From contig NC_057718.1 of assembly GCF_004010195.1 (NCBI RefSeq), positions 5,933,110-5,997,109 of the forward strand: 64,000 nucleotides of DNA. The letters are read 5' to 3'. A program made the position numbers and the translations under genes. Below the pieces are notes generated by a model that was given only the letters and a program-made list of their open reading frames with translations, ran no database searches and had not been told where the DNA came from. This document shows, in pieces, positions 1 through 11,266 of this stretch. This DNA comes from Chiloscyllium plagiosum (Eukaryota). The number at the start of each line of letters is the position of its first letter. The stretch's first letter is position 1.

Positions 1-1230
1 TTTAGGGTCCCACCGCTTGCTGGACTAGTTTAAATCCTCCTGAGCAGCTCTAACAAATCTCCCCAGCAGGATACTGGTCACCCTCCGGTTCGGGTACAAC
101 CCATCCCTCTTATATGGGTCACCTCTGCTGCAGAAGAGATCCCAGTGATCCAACAATCTGAATCTTTGCCCTCAGCACCAACTCCTCAGCCACACATTCA
201 TCTACCCTGTCCTCCTATTCCTACTCTCACCAGCACATGACATTGGGAGTCATCCAGTGATTGCCAGTCTTGAGGTCCTGCTTTTTAATCTCCTGCCTAA
301 TTCCTTACATTTGCTACACAGGGTCATTCCTATTTTTTTATCCTAAATTGTTGGTACTAATGACCTCTGACCTGTCACATTTCACTTTGGGAATTTTCTG
401 CAGCCACTCTGAGATGTCCTTGGCCCTGGCACCAGGGAGTCAACATACCAACCTGGAGTCTCGTTTGTGAGCTCAGAAATCCATTCTGTGCCCCTGACTA
501 GACAGTCTCCTGTCATTTGCTTGGACTTTGCCATACCCTGCTTCACAGCAGAGCCAGCTGTGGTGCCACAGCCCTGGCGACAGGTGCTGTTTTCCCCGGA
601 GAGGTTCTCCCCCATAATAATGTCTAGAATGGTATACTTGTTTGGGAAGGGGATAGCCACAGAAGACTCCTGCACAACCTGGTTACCTCTCTTGATGGTC
701 ACCCATCTACCTGACGGTACCTACAATGTGATCACCTCCCTAAAGTTACTTTCTATCACACTCTCTGCTTCCTGTATGCTTCTCAGTGTGTCCAGCTGCC
801 ACCCATGTGGTCTGAGAGGAACTGCAGCCAGACACGCTTCCTGCAGACATAGTCACCAGGGACAATTGTCTGATCTCCCACATGATACAGAAGAAGCACA
901 TTACTCAATTGACTCTCTGTCCCATTAATTACTCGTTTTTTTTTTACTGAACTTTTTAAAGTTTAAAAGCTTTGGAAGATTTTAAAAACTAAATGAACTA
1001 AACAAGTCCCACGCTTAAACAATGGCTTACAAAATAGCAGTTTGGAAAATGCCTACTAAGACTTATTCACCCCGTTGCTCCCACTCACTTGCTGAACGGT
1101 TACATCTGGTCTATTCCTGTCCCCACTGCACCTGTGGAAGGAGGAAGGGAACCAAAGCTCAGGAATGGCTCCCTCCCCCAATTCCCTAAACTCCCATACT
1201 CACCTCAAATCCCAGCGTTTCACTCTCTGC
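1..1230 (-). mobile_element. CR1 LINE 5' part (5'UTR plus decayed ORF1 with zinc finger and SGNH esterase-like domain); continues beyond window start
   Basis: Minus-strand remnants MVC.LPGARAKD (~417-452), GDCLVRG, VAIPFPNKYTILD and an N-terminal C..C.MWE..DYVCRK motif (~830-900). These match ORF1 of the CR1 copies at 11287 and 49244. Frameshifts present. Confidence 0.85.
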
Positions 1231-1249
1231 AGTTAGCACTCTTTTGAAA

Positions 1250-1440
1250 TGTATTTTTGTAGGAAACCACACTGACCAATTTGCTCATTGCAAACTCCCA
1301 CAAATGGCAATGATACAACTGGACAGAGCATCAGCCTTCACATGTGGGTTAGAGAATAATGAGGACAGCTGGTGTATTTCACTGCTTCTTTCTGAATAGT
1401 GCCTATTATATTCACCCAAAGGATTCATGGTGTCCTTAAC
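1250..1440 (-). mobile_element. Deu-domain SINE (SacSINE1/AmnSINE-like) fragment
   Basis: gtaggaaac..ccaatttgc..gcaaactcccacaaa..gcaatg and ctgcttctttctgaatagtgcc, shared with 18620-19000 and 23130-23440. Family name from recalled consensus. Confidence 0.6.
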
Positions 1441-1442
1441 TG

Positions 1443-1663
1443 AGTTGGTTAGCTCAGTTAGCTGGACAGCTGGTTTGCATTGTTAAATGATGCCAACAGT
1501 GTAGGGTGATTGATTGATTGAGTGATTGATTTATTGTTGTCACATATCCTAAGATACAGTGAAAAGTGTTTTGCCTGCTGTACAGGCAACTCGCACCTTA
1601 CAAAGTGAATCAGGGTAGCATAACAGAGCGCAGAATACAGTGTGATCACCAAAGTGAAGGTGC

Positions 1664-1695
<32 letters not shown>

Positions 1696-1920
1696 CGATC
1701 AGAATTAACATTTGAGACGTTGATTCAAAAGTCTGATAACAGCGGGGAAAAGGGTTCAGTTCCTGCACCAGGTGAGGCGCTATACAGAACTCTCTTGCTC
1801 TCTCTCCCGTTCCCCCTCCTCTTTTACCTGAGGCATGTTGACCTTCAGGTTAAATCACTACCAGTCATGTCTCTCTGTCTCTAATGAGAGAGTGGGATTG
1901 TGGTGAATTTACCTTTATCA
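1443..1920 (+). mobile_element. tRNA-derived SINE (cctgagg..gaccctcaggttaaa family), interrupted by a Rex1/Babar 3' tail (~1507-1750, minus strand) containing (GA)n
   Basis: ggttagctcagtt.gctggacagctggtttgca head, ggttcagttcc B-box and cctgaggcatgttgaccttcaggttaaa core. Homologous copies at ~4000-4190, 22810-23000 and 59170-59620. Confidence 0.7.
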
Positions 1921-1934
1921 AGTATGCAAACTCA

Positions 1935-2052
1935 GTTCTGAGGAAGGGTCACTGGACTAGAAAAGTTAACTTTAATTTCTGTCCACAGATGCTGCCAGAC
2001 CTGCAGAATTTCTCCAGCAATTTCTGGTTGTTTCTGATTGACAGCATCTACA
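1935..2052 (+). mobile_element. Short Penelope-pLTR-like element with a degenerate hammerhead motif (family D)
   Basis: gtt-CTGAGGA-a-gggtc-actg-gacta-GAAA-agtt-aac followed by cacagatgctgccagacctgc. Related copies at 7885-8060, 44225-44285 and 59193-59400. Confidence 0.65.
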
Positions 2053-2643
2053 GTCCTACTGCAAATGACACTGGCATTATAAAATGGAATTCACTGATTC
2101 GCACCTCAGGGCTGAGACTATTTTGGTCTGGAAGAAGTCTCTGCTCTTTGGACCACCTTACTAATCACCAGATTGGAGTTTTTATTGATTCTTGCACGGG
2201 ATGACCAATCTCGAATTGCCTTGGATAAGGCCGTGGTGATCAACCTTCTGGAACTGCTGTGTTCTGGGTGTTTCCAGAGTGCCAATAGAGAGTAAATGCC
2301 TACATGGTGACCCAGTGACAGTGATGGAATGTCAATACAGTTTCTGGTCATGATGGTGAATCGTTTGGAGGGACCACATGCAGGTGTGATGTTCCCACGC
2401 ACATATTACCCTTGTCTTTCTCGGTGGCTGAAGTCATCATTTTGCAATTGAGAATCTTGCAAAGGTATCTTTGTTTTTAACCTGCTTTACAAAGGCACCA
2501 TTGGTACTTCCCCAGTACCTTCAGGCACCTACTATTCAATGTCTAAGTCATCAAGATACATAGGAATGCAGGGATTGCTGCCGTCCAGCTAACTATGCCC
2601 TTGAGCTGACAGAGTAGGAAGAGTTAAGAGTTAACCAGAGTTG

Positions 2644-2920
2644 GGGCGGCATGGTGGCTCAATGGTTAGCACTGTTGCCTCACAACGCCAGGGACGCAGG
2701 TCCAATTGCAGCCTTGGCTAACTGTCTGCATGGAGTTTGTACCTTTTCCCCGTGTCTGCATGGATTTCCTCCTACAGTCCAAAGATATTCAGGTTAGGTG
2801 GGTTGGCAATGGGAATTGTGGGATTATAAGGTTGGGGACTGGGTCTTGGTGGGATGACCTTCCAACGGTTGGTATAGACTTGATGGGGTGTATAGCCTTT
2901 TCTGCACCGTAGAGATTCTG
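2644..2920 (+). mobile_element. HE1-type V-SINE
   Basis: tRNA-like head tggtggctcaatggttagcactgttgcctcac, V-domain tggagtttg.ac..tccccgtgtctgc.tgg.tttcctcc, LINE-derived tail. Confidence 0.85.
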
Positions 2921-3564
2921 TCAAGGACACTACAATCGAGTCACAGCAAGGGTAAATATAAGCCAACATCATTTTGCTGGGGAATGATAGGCTGGATTTA
3001 ATTAATTTAATGGGGGAAGCCGAGCAGGGGAGCAGGCTAAACTTTGTAACTCAGTCTTGAGAGGCAGAACAACCATCCACCCAGATGCATGAGCAGCATG
3101 ATATCATATTGCTGTAGGTGCTGTCTGTTGCCCTTGGCTTTACACATTCAATTACCAGGTCCAAGAGACCGCTCAAGCAATATCTTCCATTCTGCTGGAA
3201 TGCTTGTCTGTTTCCAATTACCACAACCACTGCCCACTGCTGTTTGACTCACCTTGCTGAGCTATACTGCCACACACAATGAAAGCTGTCCTGAACCAAC
3301 ACTGACTTCCCACTCATCCACAACCTCCTTCAACCTGGAAAAGTTCCAAAGCCTGCTTATTCCCAAGCACACATCATAAAGTTAGGAAACCATAACATAA
3401 CAGCAATTGCTTGTTTGATAAGTTTACTTACCTTCCCACACATTTCACTATGGGGTCCTCCCTCCAGCCTAGCCAGCCTTCATAATATCCAGATGCAATG
3501 TGAAGACATTGGGCTCTCCTCATTGAATATTAGACAGTCTCCAGTTTTCAAGCTGTCACTAAAA

Positions 3565-3845
3565 CGACACAGTGGCTCAGTGGTTAGCACTACTGCCTCA
3601 CAGCACCAGGGACCCGGGTTTGATTGCGCCCATGAGCAGCAGCCTGTGTTAAGTTTGTATGTTCTCCCTGTGCCTGTGTGGGTTTCCTCCGGGTGCTCTG
3701 GTTTCCTTCCAAAAGTGTGCGGGTTAGGTGGATTGGCCATTGGAAATGCAGGGTTATAGGGTAGAGATGTAAGTCTGGGTGGGATGCTGTTCAGAGGGTT
3801 GGTGTGGACTTGATGGGCTGAATGGCCTGCTTGTACATTTTATGA
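3565..3845 (+). mobile_element. HE1-type V-SINE
   Basis: cacagtggctcagtggttagcactactgcctcacagcaccagggacccgggtt...tgggtttcctccgggtgctctggtttcc. Confidence 0.85.
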
Positions 3846-4793
3846 AAATGCTGAGAATTCAGCCAACCATCTTTTAAGTGACTGTAACTGACACTACCTA
3901 GCTAGCAATAACTCTATGCTACTATCTCATGAAGTATAGGATGCCCTGAAGGCCTCATTTTAGCAGCACATTTAATAAACTGACCTTAAAACCAAAGCAT
4001 TGGTTAGTTCAGTTGAGTGGACAGCTGGTTTGCAATACAGAGTGACACTGCCTGACGTTTTACACAAAGGTCCCAACTTGCCCTGGTCTGAGGTGTGGTG
4101 ACGCCCAGGTTAAACTCACCATGAGATGCATCTCTCTCTCTCTCTCTCTACACACATAATGAGGGAACAATCAAGGGGATAATGGTGGTCCTTTCTTGCT
4201 AAAACCCACACAGTTCAACAAGTTCCCAGGAAATCATGCTGTCGGATCTCAATCTTCTGAAGACATAATTTATTAGCCATGTCCACTATCCCTGGTTAGA
4301 GGTCAAAACAAATTTAGCTGCCTGACGTAACCAGCCATTTGGACTAATTCAGTGCCCATCGTAATGCCAGCTTAAGGTCAGCTCCAAGGAGCTTTTGGAT
4401 GTAAAACAGAAAAAAAAGCACAAAACTTCCAAAGGAATTTATTATAACTTGAAATATAGAGCTAATAATGCGCCTGTTATATAAAATAAATAATCAGTCT
4501 TGATAGCTTTACCAGCCTTTGTCTCTATATTTGACCACTTCTGGGATGTGGCTATTATAAAATATGCCTACAGGTCAGCTCTTGACTTTTGTCCGGATTC
4601 AGTCAGGCATATGGTTCCGTAGTATAAGCTGCAACTGGCAAACAGATGAACAGGAATGATTTTTCCAATGCCCCTCTTCAATTCTCTGAGGGGGATGCTG
4701 TTCACACTGAAGTTACGGTTGCTCAGTGTGCAGGAGAAACACCTGCGTGCCAGATGAGCTCCATTAGCAATACGCTCTCAGAGATTGATTCGG

Positions 4794-4830
4794 TCAGCTT
4801 CCAAAATATTTAATGTGAAATTTCTTTCTT
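4794..4830 (-). CDS. Candidate terminal coding exon (E6) of an unidentified minus-strand gene: (L)RKKFHIKYFGS*
   Basis: Strong acceptor ctctgttttgtttttactgcag| at 4831. Phase-2 start matches E5. TGA at 4796-4794. Repeat-free sequence downstream with minus-strand AATAAA at 4438-4443. Confidence 0.5.
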
Positions 4831-5180
4831 CTGCAGTAAAAACAAAACAGAGCTATAAATCAGTCAGCCCAGGGGAGAGGATTGCTAACTGCATAAAGAG
4901 ATTTTTGTTAAACCCTCTGCTTAGCTCCAGTGATTACGGTGTCTGCTCCAATGTTAACTGCTTGCAAATCATTCGTAAATACTGCAGCAAATTTCTTCCC
5001 AATCTAATGCAGGTAGTTTCTCTTTTCATTTTGTCATGATCTAATACTGCATCAGGAGCATTGTACTCAGTTCTGGACACTGTATTGCAGGAGGGATATG
5101 TTAGCTTTTGAGGATGAGAAATGAAGATAGAGTGATTGTGGGGTTAAATAGCTTAAATTACAAAGATAAGATGCAGAAGT

Positions 5181-5412
5181 TTGTTGTGGTTCTGTTCGCC
5201 GAGCTGGAAGTTTTTGTTGCAAACGTTTTGTCCCCTGGCTAGGCAACATCATCAGTGCTTGGGAGCCTCCTGCGAAGCTTCGCAGGAGGCTCCCAAGCAC
5301 TGATGATGTCGCCTAGCCAGGGGACGAAACGTTTGCAACAAAAACTTCCAGCTTTGCGAACAGAACCACAACAACGAGCACCCGAGCTACAAATCTTCGC
5401 ACAAACTTTGAA
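5181..5412. mobile_element. Head-to-head Penelope pLTR remnant forming a ~194-bp palindrome (5181-5374)
   Basis: Arms of ~97 bp centred on aag|ctt (5277/5278). The right arm is near-identical to the Penelope 3' end at 49711-49841. Confidence 0.9.
5297..5336 (+). ncRNA. Minimal type-I hammerhead ribozyme motif (family B, core intact)
   Basis: gca-CTGATGA-t-gtcgcct-agcc-aggggac-GAAAC-GTT-tgc: helix I gca/tgc, helix II with one mismatch, palindromic ACGT helix III, GUU cleavage triplet. Confidence 0.8.
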
Positions 5413-5619
5413 TGCATAGGTTTGGCTTGTATTTCCATCAGGATGATCTGCTCCAAGTGCTGATCTTCTCAATCATAAGATTAGATGTAGGGAGGGTCAT
5501 TGATGATCGCACAATGTTCAGCACCATTCACTACTCCTCAGATACTGAAACAGTCAATGGGGATGTGCAGATAGACCCAGCAAACATTCAGGCTTGAGCT
5601 GCAAACATTATTCCTCTTT

Positions 5620-5840
5620 TTCACACAGAAGGTGATGCGTGTGGAATGAGCTACCAGAGGAAGTGATAAAGGTAAGTACAATTACAACATTTGAAAGACA
5701 TTTGGAGAGACACTTAAAGCTGAAAGGCTTACAGGGATATGGACCAATTGAAGACAAATGGGTCTAGTTAAGTTTTGGAAACCTGGCATGCATGGATTAG
5801 TTAGGCCAATGGGCCTGTTTCTGTGCTATATGACTCTTTG
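5620..5840 (+). mobile_element. CR1 LINE 3' end
   Basis: FTQKV..VWNELPEEVI..FERHL remnant and gggcctgtttctgtgctatatgactct tail. Confidence 0.8.
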
Positions 5841-6004
5841 ACACTGATACACAGTGGGAACAGTGTATCACCTACAAGATGCAGATGCACGAAGCAACCT
5901 TTGACAGCACCTTCCAACCGTGACTTCTACCAGCTGGAGAATAAAGGGAATAGATCAATAACAAAGGGACATAATATTAATGGCAGGATATTTATCTTCG
6001 AATT

Positions 6005-6319
6005 TCTACAGTGCAGAAAGAGGCCATTCAGGGCACCAAATCTGCACTGACCCTGAAGTGCATCCTACCCAATCCCCATATTTATTATGGCTAATTCACC
6101 AAGCTTGCAAATCCCTGGACATCGAGGGCAATTTAGCATGGCCAATCCACCTAACCTGCACATCTTTGGATTGTGAGAGGAAACCAGAGCAGCCAGAGGA
6201 AACCAGTGCAAACACAGGGAGAATGTGCAAACTCCACACAGACAGTCACCTGAGGCTGGAATCAACTTGGCTCCCTGGTGCAGTGAGGCAGCAGTGTTGA
6301 CCAATGAGCCACCGTGCTG
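6005..6319 (-). mobile_element. HE1-type V-SINE
   Basis: Reverse complement of the HE1 pattern (gaatgtgcaaactccacacagacagtcacc...gtgaggcagcagtg..gagccaccgtg). Confidence 0.85.
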
Positions 6320-7186
6320 ACAGATTTGAGGATTTTATTTCACCCAGTGATGGTGGTGGGAACGTAGAGTGCATTGCCTGGAAGGATAGTAGATGCAAGA
6401 AACATCACAAAATTTTCAAAGTACTTGGATGAACACTTGAATTGCTATAAAATTCAAGTCGACAGATCAAGTGCTGGAAAATGGGACTAGTATAGGTTTA
6501 GAGTAGTTTAGTAGGTGTAGACCTGATGGGCTGAAGGGCCTCTTCTGTGCCAATGATATTCCAAGCTATTTAACAATATATGTCATGACACACCTCTGGA
6601 GCAGATGGGACTTGATGCACTACAGGAGTCCTGAATTGCTCAGGGCCAATATTTCCTCATCTGCCTGTACAGGGAGGCTATCATACACCATTGGAGAATC
6701 TCTTAGGCCTAACCATCTTTAATTGCTTCATCAATTTGTCCCTTGAGCGCAACTCTGGGAAATTAATTTCAACACCACACAGGAGAAATCTCTTCTACCT
6801 ACTGCTGCTTACAGTTAATTCTGCATTCACACTCCTTCATTTTGACTCAAGGAATGGGATTTGTCTGCTTCAACAGCACTCTTCCAACCTTTTAGAGTTT
6901 TAAACACTTTCATCATCTGTGGCATTCTAAGAGAAAATAGAACAATTATTCATATTCGGACACCAGGATCAGCTAATGAACCAGGAGCCAAGGGATCCAA
7001 CTTTGGCCTTCCTCATCTTCACGGCTTAGTTCCACCCTGTTCAGGTCACAGACCTACTGTGCCTTTGAGAAAACACAGCTTGTCTGCTTTTCCATTTAAG
7101 GTTATGGAGTCTGAAGTGAAGTGTACAAGCTGTCCATTAACACAGCTCATTTAATCTGCTAGACAACTCAACATCATATTTCAAAG

Positions 7187-7348
7187 CTGAAAATGTGTTG
7201 CTGGAATAGGAAAATCCAGGGAACAGGAAAATCGACGTTTCGGGCATAAGCCCTTCTTCAGGAATGAGGAAAGTGTGTCCAGCAGGCTAAGATAAAAGAT
7301 AGGGAGGAGGGACTGGGGGAGGGGCTTTGGAAATGCGATAGGTAAACC
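7187..7348 (-). mobile_element. Short hammerhead-bearing element (family C) with 15-bp TSD
   Basis: TSD catcatatttcaaag at 7172-7186 and 7349-7363; contains the motif at 7230-7265. Confidence 0.8.
7230..7265 (-). ncRNA. Minimal hammerhead ribozyme motif (family C, core intact)
   Basis: Minus strand: attc-CTGAAGA-a-gggc-ttat-gccc-GAAAC-GTC-gatt. Confidence 0.75.
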
Positions 7349-8779
7349 CATCATATTTCAAAGGCAAGGAAACTCTGATCAAATCCTTGACAATGATTAA
7401 AAGCTTTGGAGGATCAATTTACTTTTATTTACTTTTATTTAGATTTATTAGTTATCCTAGAAGGGCTAGATTTCAGGGCAATACACTCTCCTTAAACGAG
7501 TCAGAGGAAAGAATCAAAAGGGTGATGGGGGTTGGATGACACTCCATATCTCTGTTCAGTTGCACGAGCCTTAGTGCAGCCAGGGTTAAAAATCAAGATA
7601 ATCCACAGGCTGGGAGCAAGTGTTCAAGTCCTGCCATGACATTTGAATTTGATAAAAATCTGTAATTCAAGATTAGCCTGGAGTTATATCTCCTCCTCAC
7701 ACAGAGATATTACCACTGTGCTCCTGACTCCACTAAGGCTAGCTTGACTGTACGACTGTAGTTTAAAAGCTCATCTGCTTCACTAATACTCTTTTGGAGA
7801 AACAAATCTGCTGCCCTTACCTTGTCAGGCCGACATATGACTCCAGATCTACAGCAGTGTGATTGACTCTCATCACCGTGTAATACTGCAGATGCTGAAA
7901 GTCTGAAACAAACATAGAGGATGCTGGAGAAACTCAGCAGGTCTGGCAGCATCTGTGGCGAGAGGAATGGAAGAAGAGTCGCTGGACTCAAAACATTAAC
8001 TGTGCTTCTCAATCTACAGATGCTGCCAGACCTGCAGAGTTTCTCCATCAATTTCTGTCTCTTGGGCTGACTCTTAACTGACCATCCAAAATGGTTGAGG
8101 CAGTCACTCAGGTCAAAGGGCATTTAGGGATGGGAAATTAATATTGGCCCAGCCAGTAATACCCACATCTTGTGAACTTTATTTTTAAAGCTAGACAGAA
8201 CACTATGTTTACTGACAAAGTTTATATGTGAATAATCTTGACTGAGGTGAGATAATGAAGAAATTCTGGTTCCAGTCAAGTTTAAATTTGACTTGAAAAG
8301 TTCGATAGTTGAACTCTCAGAGCACAAAGCTCGAATCAAAATGTTCTGCTGCATTTTTTTCAGTGAAGTCAATCTGGATCCTTATAACCTTTGCCTCCAT
8401 TCTTAACTAAGGATGTAACTGGGCGCTTTCCAACTAAAATATTGTTGAAAAAAGAACACATTTTGTCAAGCCTTTTGCTTTGCACTCTTTAAGATATTGC
8501 ATTTAAACCATAAATTCAAGCGGAAACCCAGCATTCATATTGTGTGAGAGGGGAGTGCTGATTAGTTGCCAACACAACTTTGATCAGTAGAGATATTGCC
8601 ATGGAGAATGCACCCATTCATGCTGATTGACAGTTAACAGCCAGGCTTTGTTTAAATTTTAAAAGGCAGGTTAACTGATTGGTCCAAGAATTGCCTCTAA
8701 GGAATGGACCAGCATATGGCTATCACCTATTATGTTGGGTTGAAACAGGCTCATATTGTGCACAGTTATAGATAGGATC

Positions 8780-9200
8780 CAGGGGAGTGCTGTTGAACAG
8801 AGAGAGCTAATGGTTCAGGTATATAGTTCTTTGAAAGTGATGTTACAGGTAGACAGGATGGTGAAGTAGGTGTTTGCCATCGTTGCTCAGACCATTGAGT
8901 ATAGGAGTTGGGATGTCACATTATAGCCTCACAGAATGTTGGTGAGGCAATTTTCGGAGTACTGCATACAGTTTTGGTGGCCTTGCTATAGGAGAGGTGT
9001 TATAGAATGGGAAAGGGTGCAGAAAATATTTACAAGAATGTTACTGGGACTGGAGGGTTTGAGTTATAAGGAAGGGTTGGATTGGCTGGGACCTTTTTCC
9101 CTGGATCATAGGAGCTGAGGGGTAACCTTACAAAGGTTTATAAAACCATGAGGGGCATGGATAGGGTAGATAGCAAAAGTCTTTTCCCTAGGGTAGGGTT
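8780..9200 (+). mobile_element. CR1 ORF2 C-terminal fragment
   Basis: LVR.FSEYCIQFWWPCYRR.V...ERVQK.FTRML.GLEGLSY.E.L. Confidence 0.85.
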
Positions 9201-9239
9201 TGTTCCCTTGTTTGAGTTTGGCATTGGGCGTAAACTAGA

Positions 9240-9760
9240 AATGACTATTTTTAAGATTTTTTTAACCTTCTTCCTAACTTCTTAAATTACTCTGTACTGC
9301 TTTAATATTTTCCCTAAAAGTGTCATTTCTACCAATACGCACAATAATTTCTGGCTTCTCAATCTCACTTTTAACAATATATTTGAAATGTTTAGAGACA
9401 TCGTTAATCCTAGAACCAGAAAAGCAACAAACCATCCTAAATTTATACTCAGTGCCACAGAATCTCCTGTCTATGCCCCTGACAGGAGACTCCCCAACAG
9501 TAAGTCTACTAAATATTGTCAAACACTGCCTAACATAAGAATCATTCCAAATCTCCAATAACTGACTGGCCCTTCCATTGTCGTGGGAGAGACTGTCCCT
9601 TTCTACAGTTTCAAAAATGGAACATCTGTTTAATAGCAGAATAGTCACAGGAGGCTTTTGAATGAGCTTCTCACCTTTCCTGACAGTCACTCATCTTTCT
9701 GACTGATCCTGCTGGGTGATAGCTTTTCTAAGTCTACTAGCCATCTCACTCTGTTCCTTA
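9240..9760 (-). mobile_element. CR1 ORF1 (esterase-like) fragment
   Basis: VGESPVRGIDRRFCG...RMVCCFSGSRINDVS...PEIIVRIGRND (ORF 9274-9690). Confidence 0.8.
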
Positions 9761-11026
9761 ATACCACTAAGACTAAAAAATCCTCGATAACACCTTATAT
9801 ATAAAATAAACAATCTTTAATTACCTTCAGAAAATAATGAAAAAAATGTAAAATGTATGTCTTAAAGATATAAAGCTTATTTAAAATCAGCCACTTAGCT
9901 GATTAACTGAATAAAAGTGATGCCTCTTCAATACATTCCTCAAAGATAAATAAATCTTCTCCAGAGATGACCGTGTATAGGACTGTCCGGAGTGAAAACA
10001 CAACACCTTATTTAAAACAAAACTGTTCAGTTTTTCAACAAATAAACTTTGCAATGTAAAAAAAACTTCTAAACACGTAGACTTCTTATTGATTTCTGAA
10101 TTAAGAATAAAAATAAACTTCAGCTGTTCAGTGAAGACTCTGAAAATCAAAGTTTTAAGAAAAGTACATTTGAAAAAATGCAATCTTTTTTTGGCTTTTT
10201 TGGAATGTTAATAAAACAAAATGAAAAAAAAAATGTATATTAATAAACTATAATGATTGTAATAACTGCAAAAAGATTACAATAAATCTTTAACTCAGCC
10301 TCCAATCCCAGGAGCAGCTGCAGGATGCACACTGCTTCATGGATAATGGTATAATTGGAGCAGATGTGACAGAGAAACCTAGAGAATATCCAGTTTTTGA
10401 GAAAATCTAACTAAAACTTGTGAGTTGACCCAACACATTTGAAAACTGCTCAACATTCAATGAAAACAAAACAATTCAAAAAGGCCAAAGCTTAGAACTT
10501 TGTTGCTTGAGATAAGGTATTTATATCATTAACTGTCTCTGAGGAGCCATTATAAGTGAGTTATACCCTCTACTGGTGAATTGCCTCCTTTGTCACTCTG
10601 CCCTGGGAACATCGTATTTGGTAAAATTCAGATGCAAATTGCCCTTTGAATGCCTTGATCATGCTCTCCCCCTCTATGTGTAGATCACCCTTTTTGTTCT
10701 CAAACAGCCTTTTCAGTCTTCTAATCGGTCTTTATTATTTTTATGTCAATGTAAACCTTGAAAGTCCCTTTCATGTCATCTCTTTTTATGCTTTCTCATT
10801 TTATGATCCCAGCTGGTGTTATTTCTGGACAAATTAAATCCCAGGCTGCTGGTTCACTTTTTAATTGAGGTGGCCCTTCACTGAAATATAAGCATGCCAT
10901 CCTGCAAAAGTGGTTTTAACAATAAAACAAGTTTATTATGTGACAGAAATGAAGATAAAATAGCATTTCACTAAACTCTTTTTATATAAAATTAAATATT
11001 TCAAACTACATGGCTATAATAACAGA

Positions 11027-11266
11027 TGGCACAGTGGCTCAGTGGTTAGCACTGCTGCCTCACGGCGCCAGGGACTTGGGTTCGATCCCACCCTCGAGCG
11101 ACTGTCTGTGTGGAGTTTGCACATTCTCCCCGTGTCTGTGTGGGTTTTCTCTGGGTGCTCTGATTTACTCCCACAGTCCAAAGATGTGCAGGTTAGGTGA
11201 ATTGAACATGCTACATTTCCCATAGTGTCCATGGGTGTGCAGTCTAGGTGGATCAGCTATTGTAAA
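11027..11266 (+). mobile_element. HE1-type V-SINE 5' part; its 3' part resumes at ~14305-14405 after a CR1 insertion
   Basis: HE1 head and V-domain. The tail (gggtgggatgctctttggagggttgg..tgtagggattc) lies after the CR1; imperfect junction duplication tattgtaaa/tatggtaaa. Confidence 0.8.

Noticed and set aside
4785..5039. Plus-strand ORF or exon (ttctgcag|...CAG|gtagtt)
   Set aside because: Weak donor, no partner exons found, peptide unrecognised; the minus-strand acceptor at the same palindromic ctgcag fits the exon chain better.
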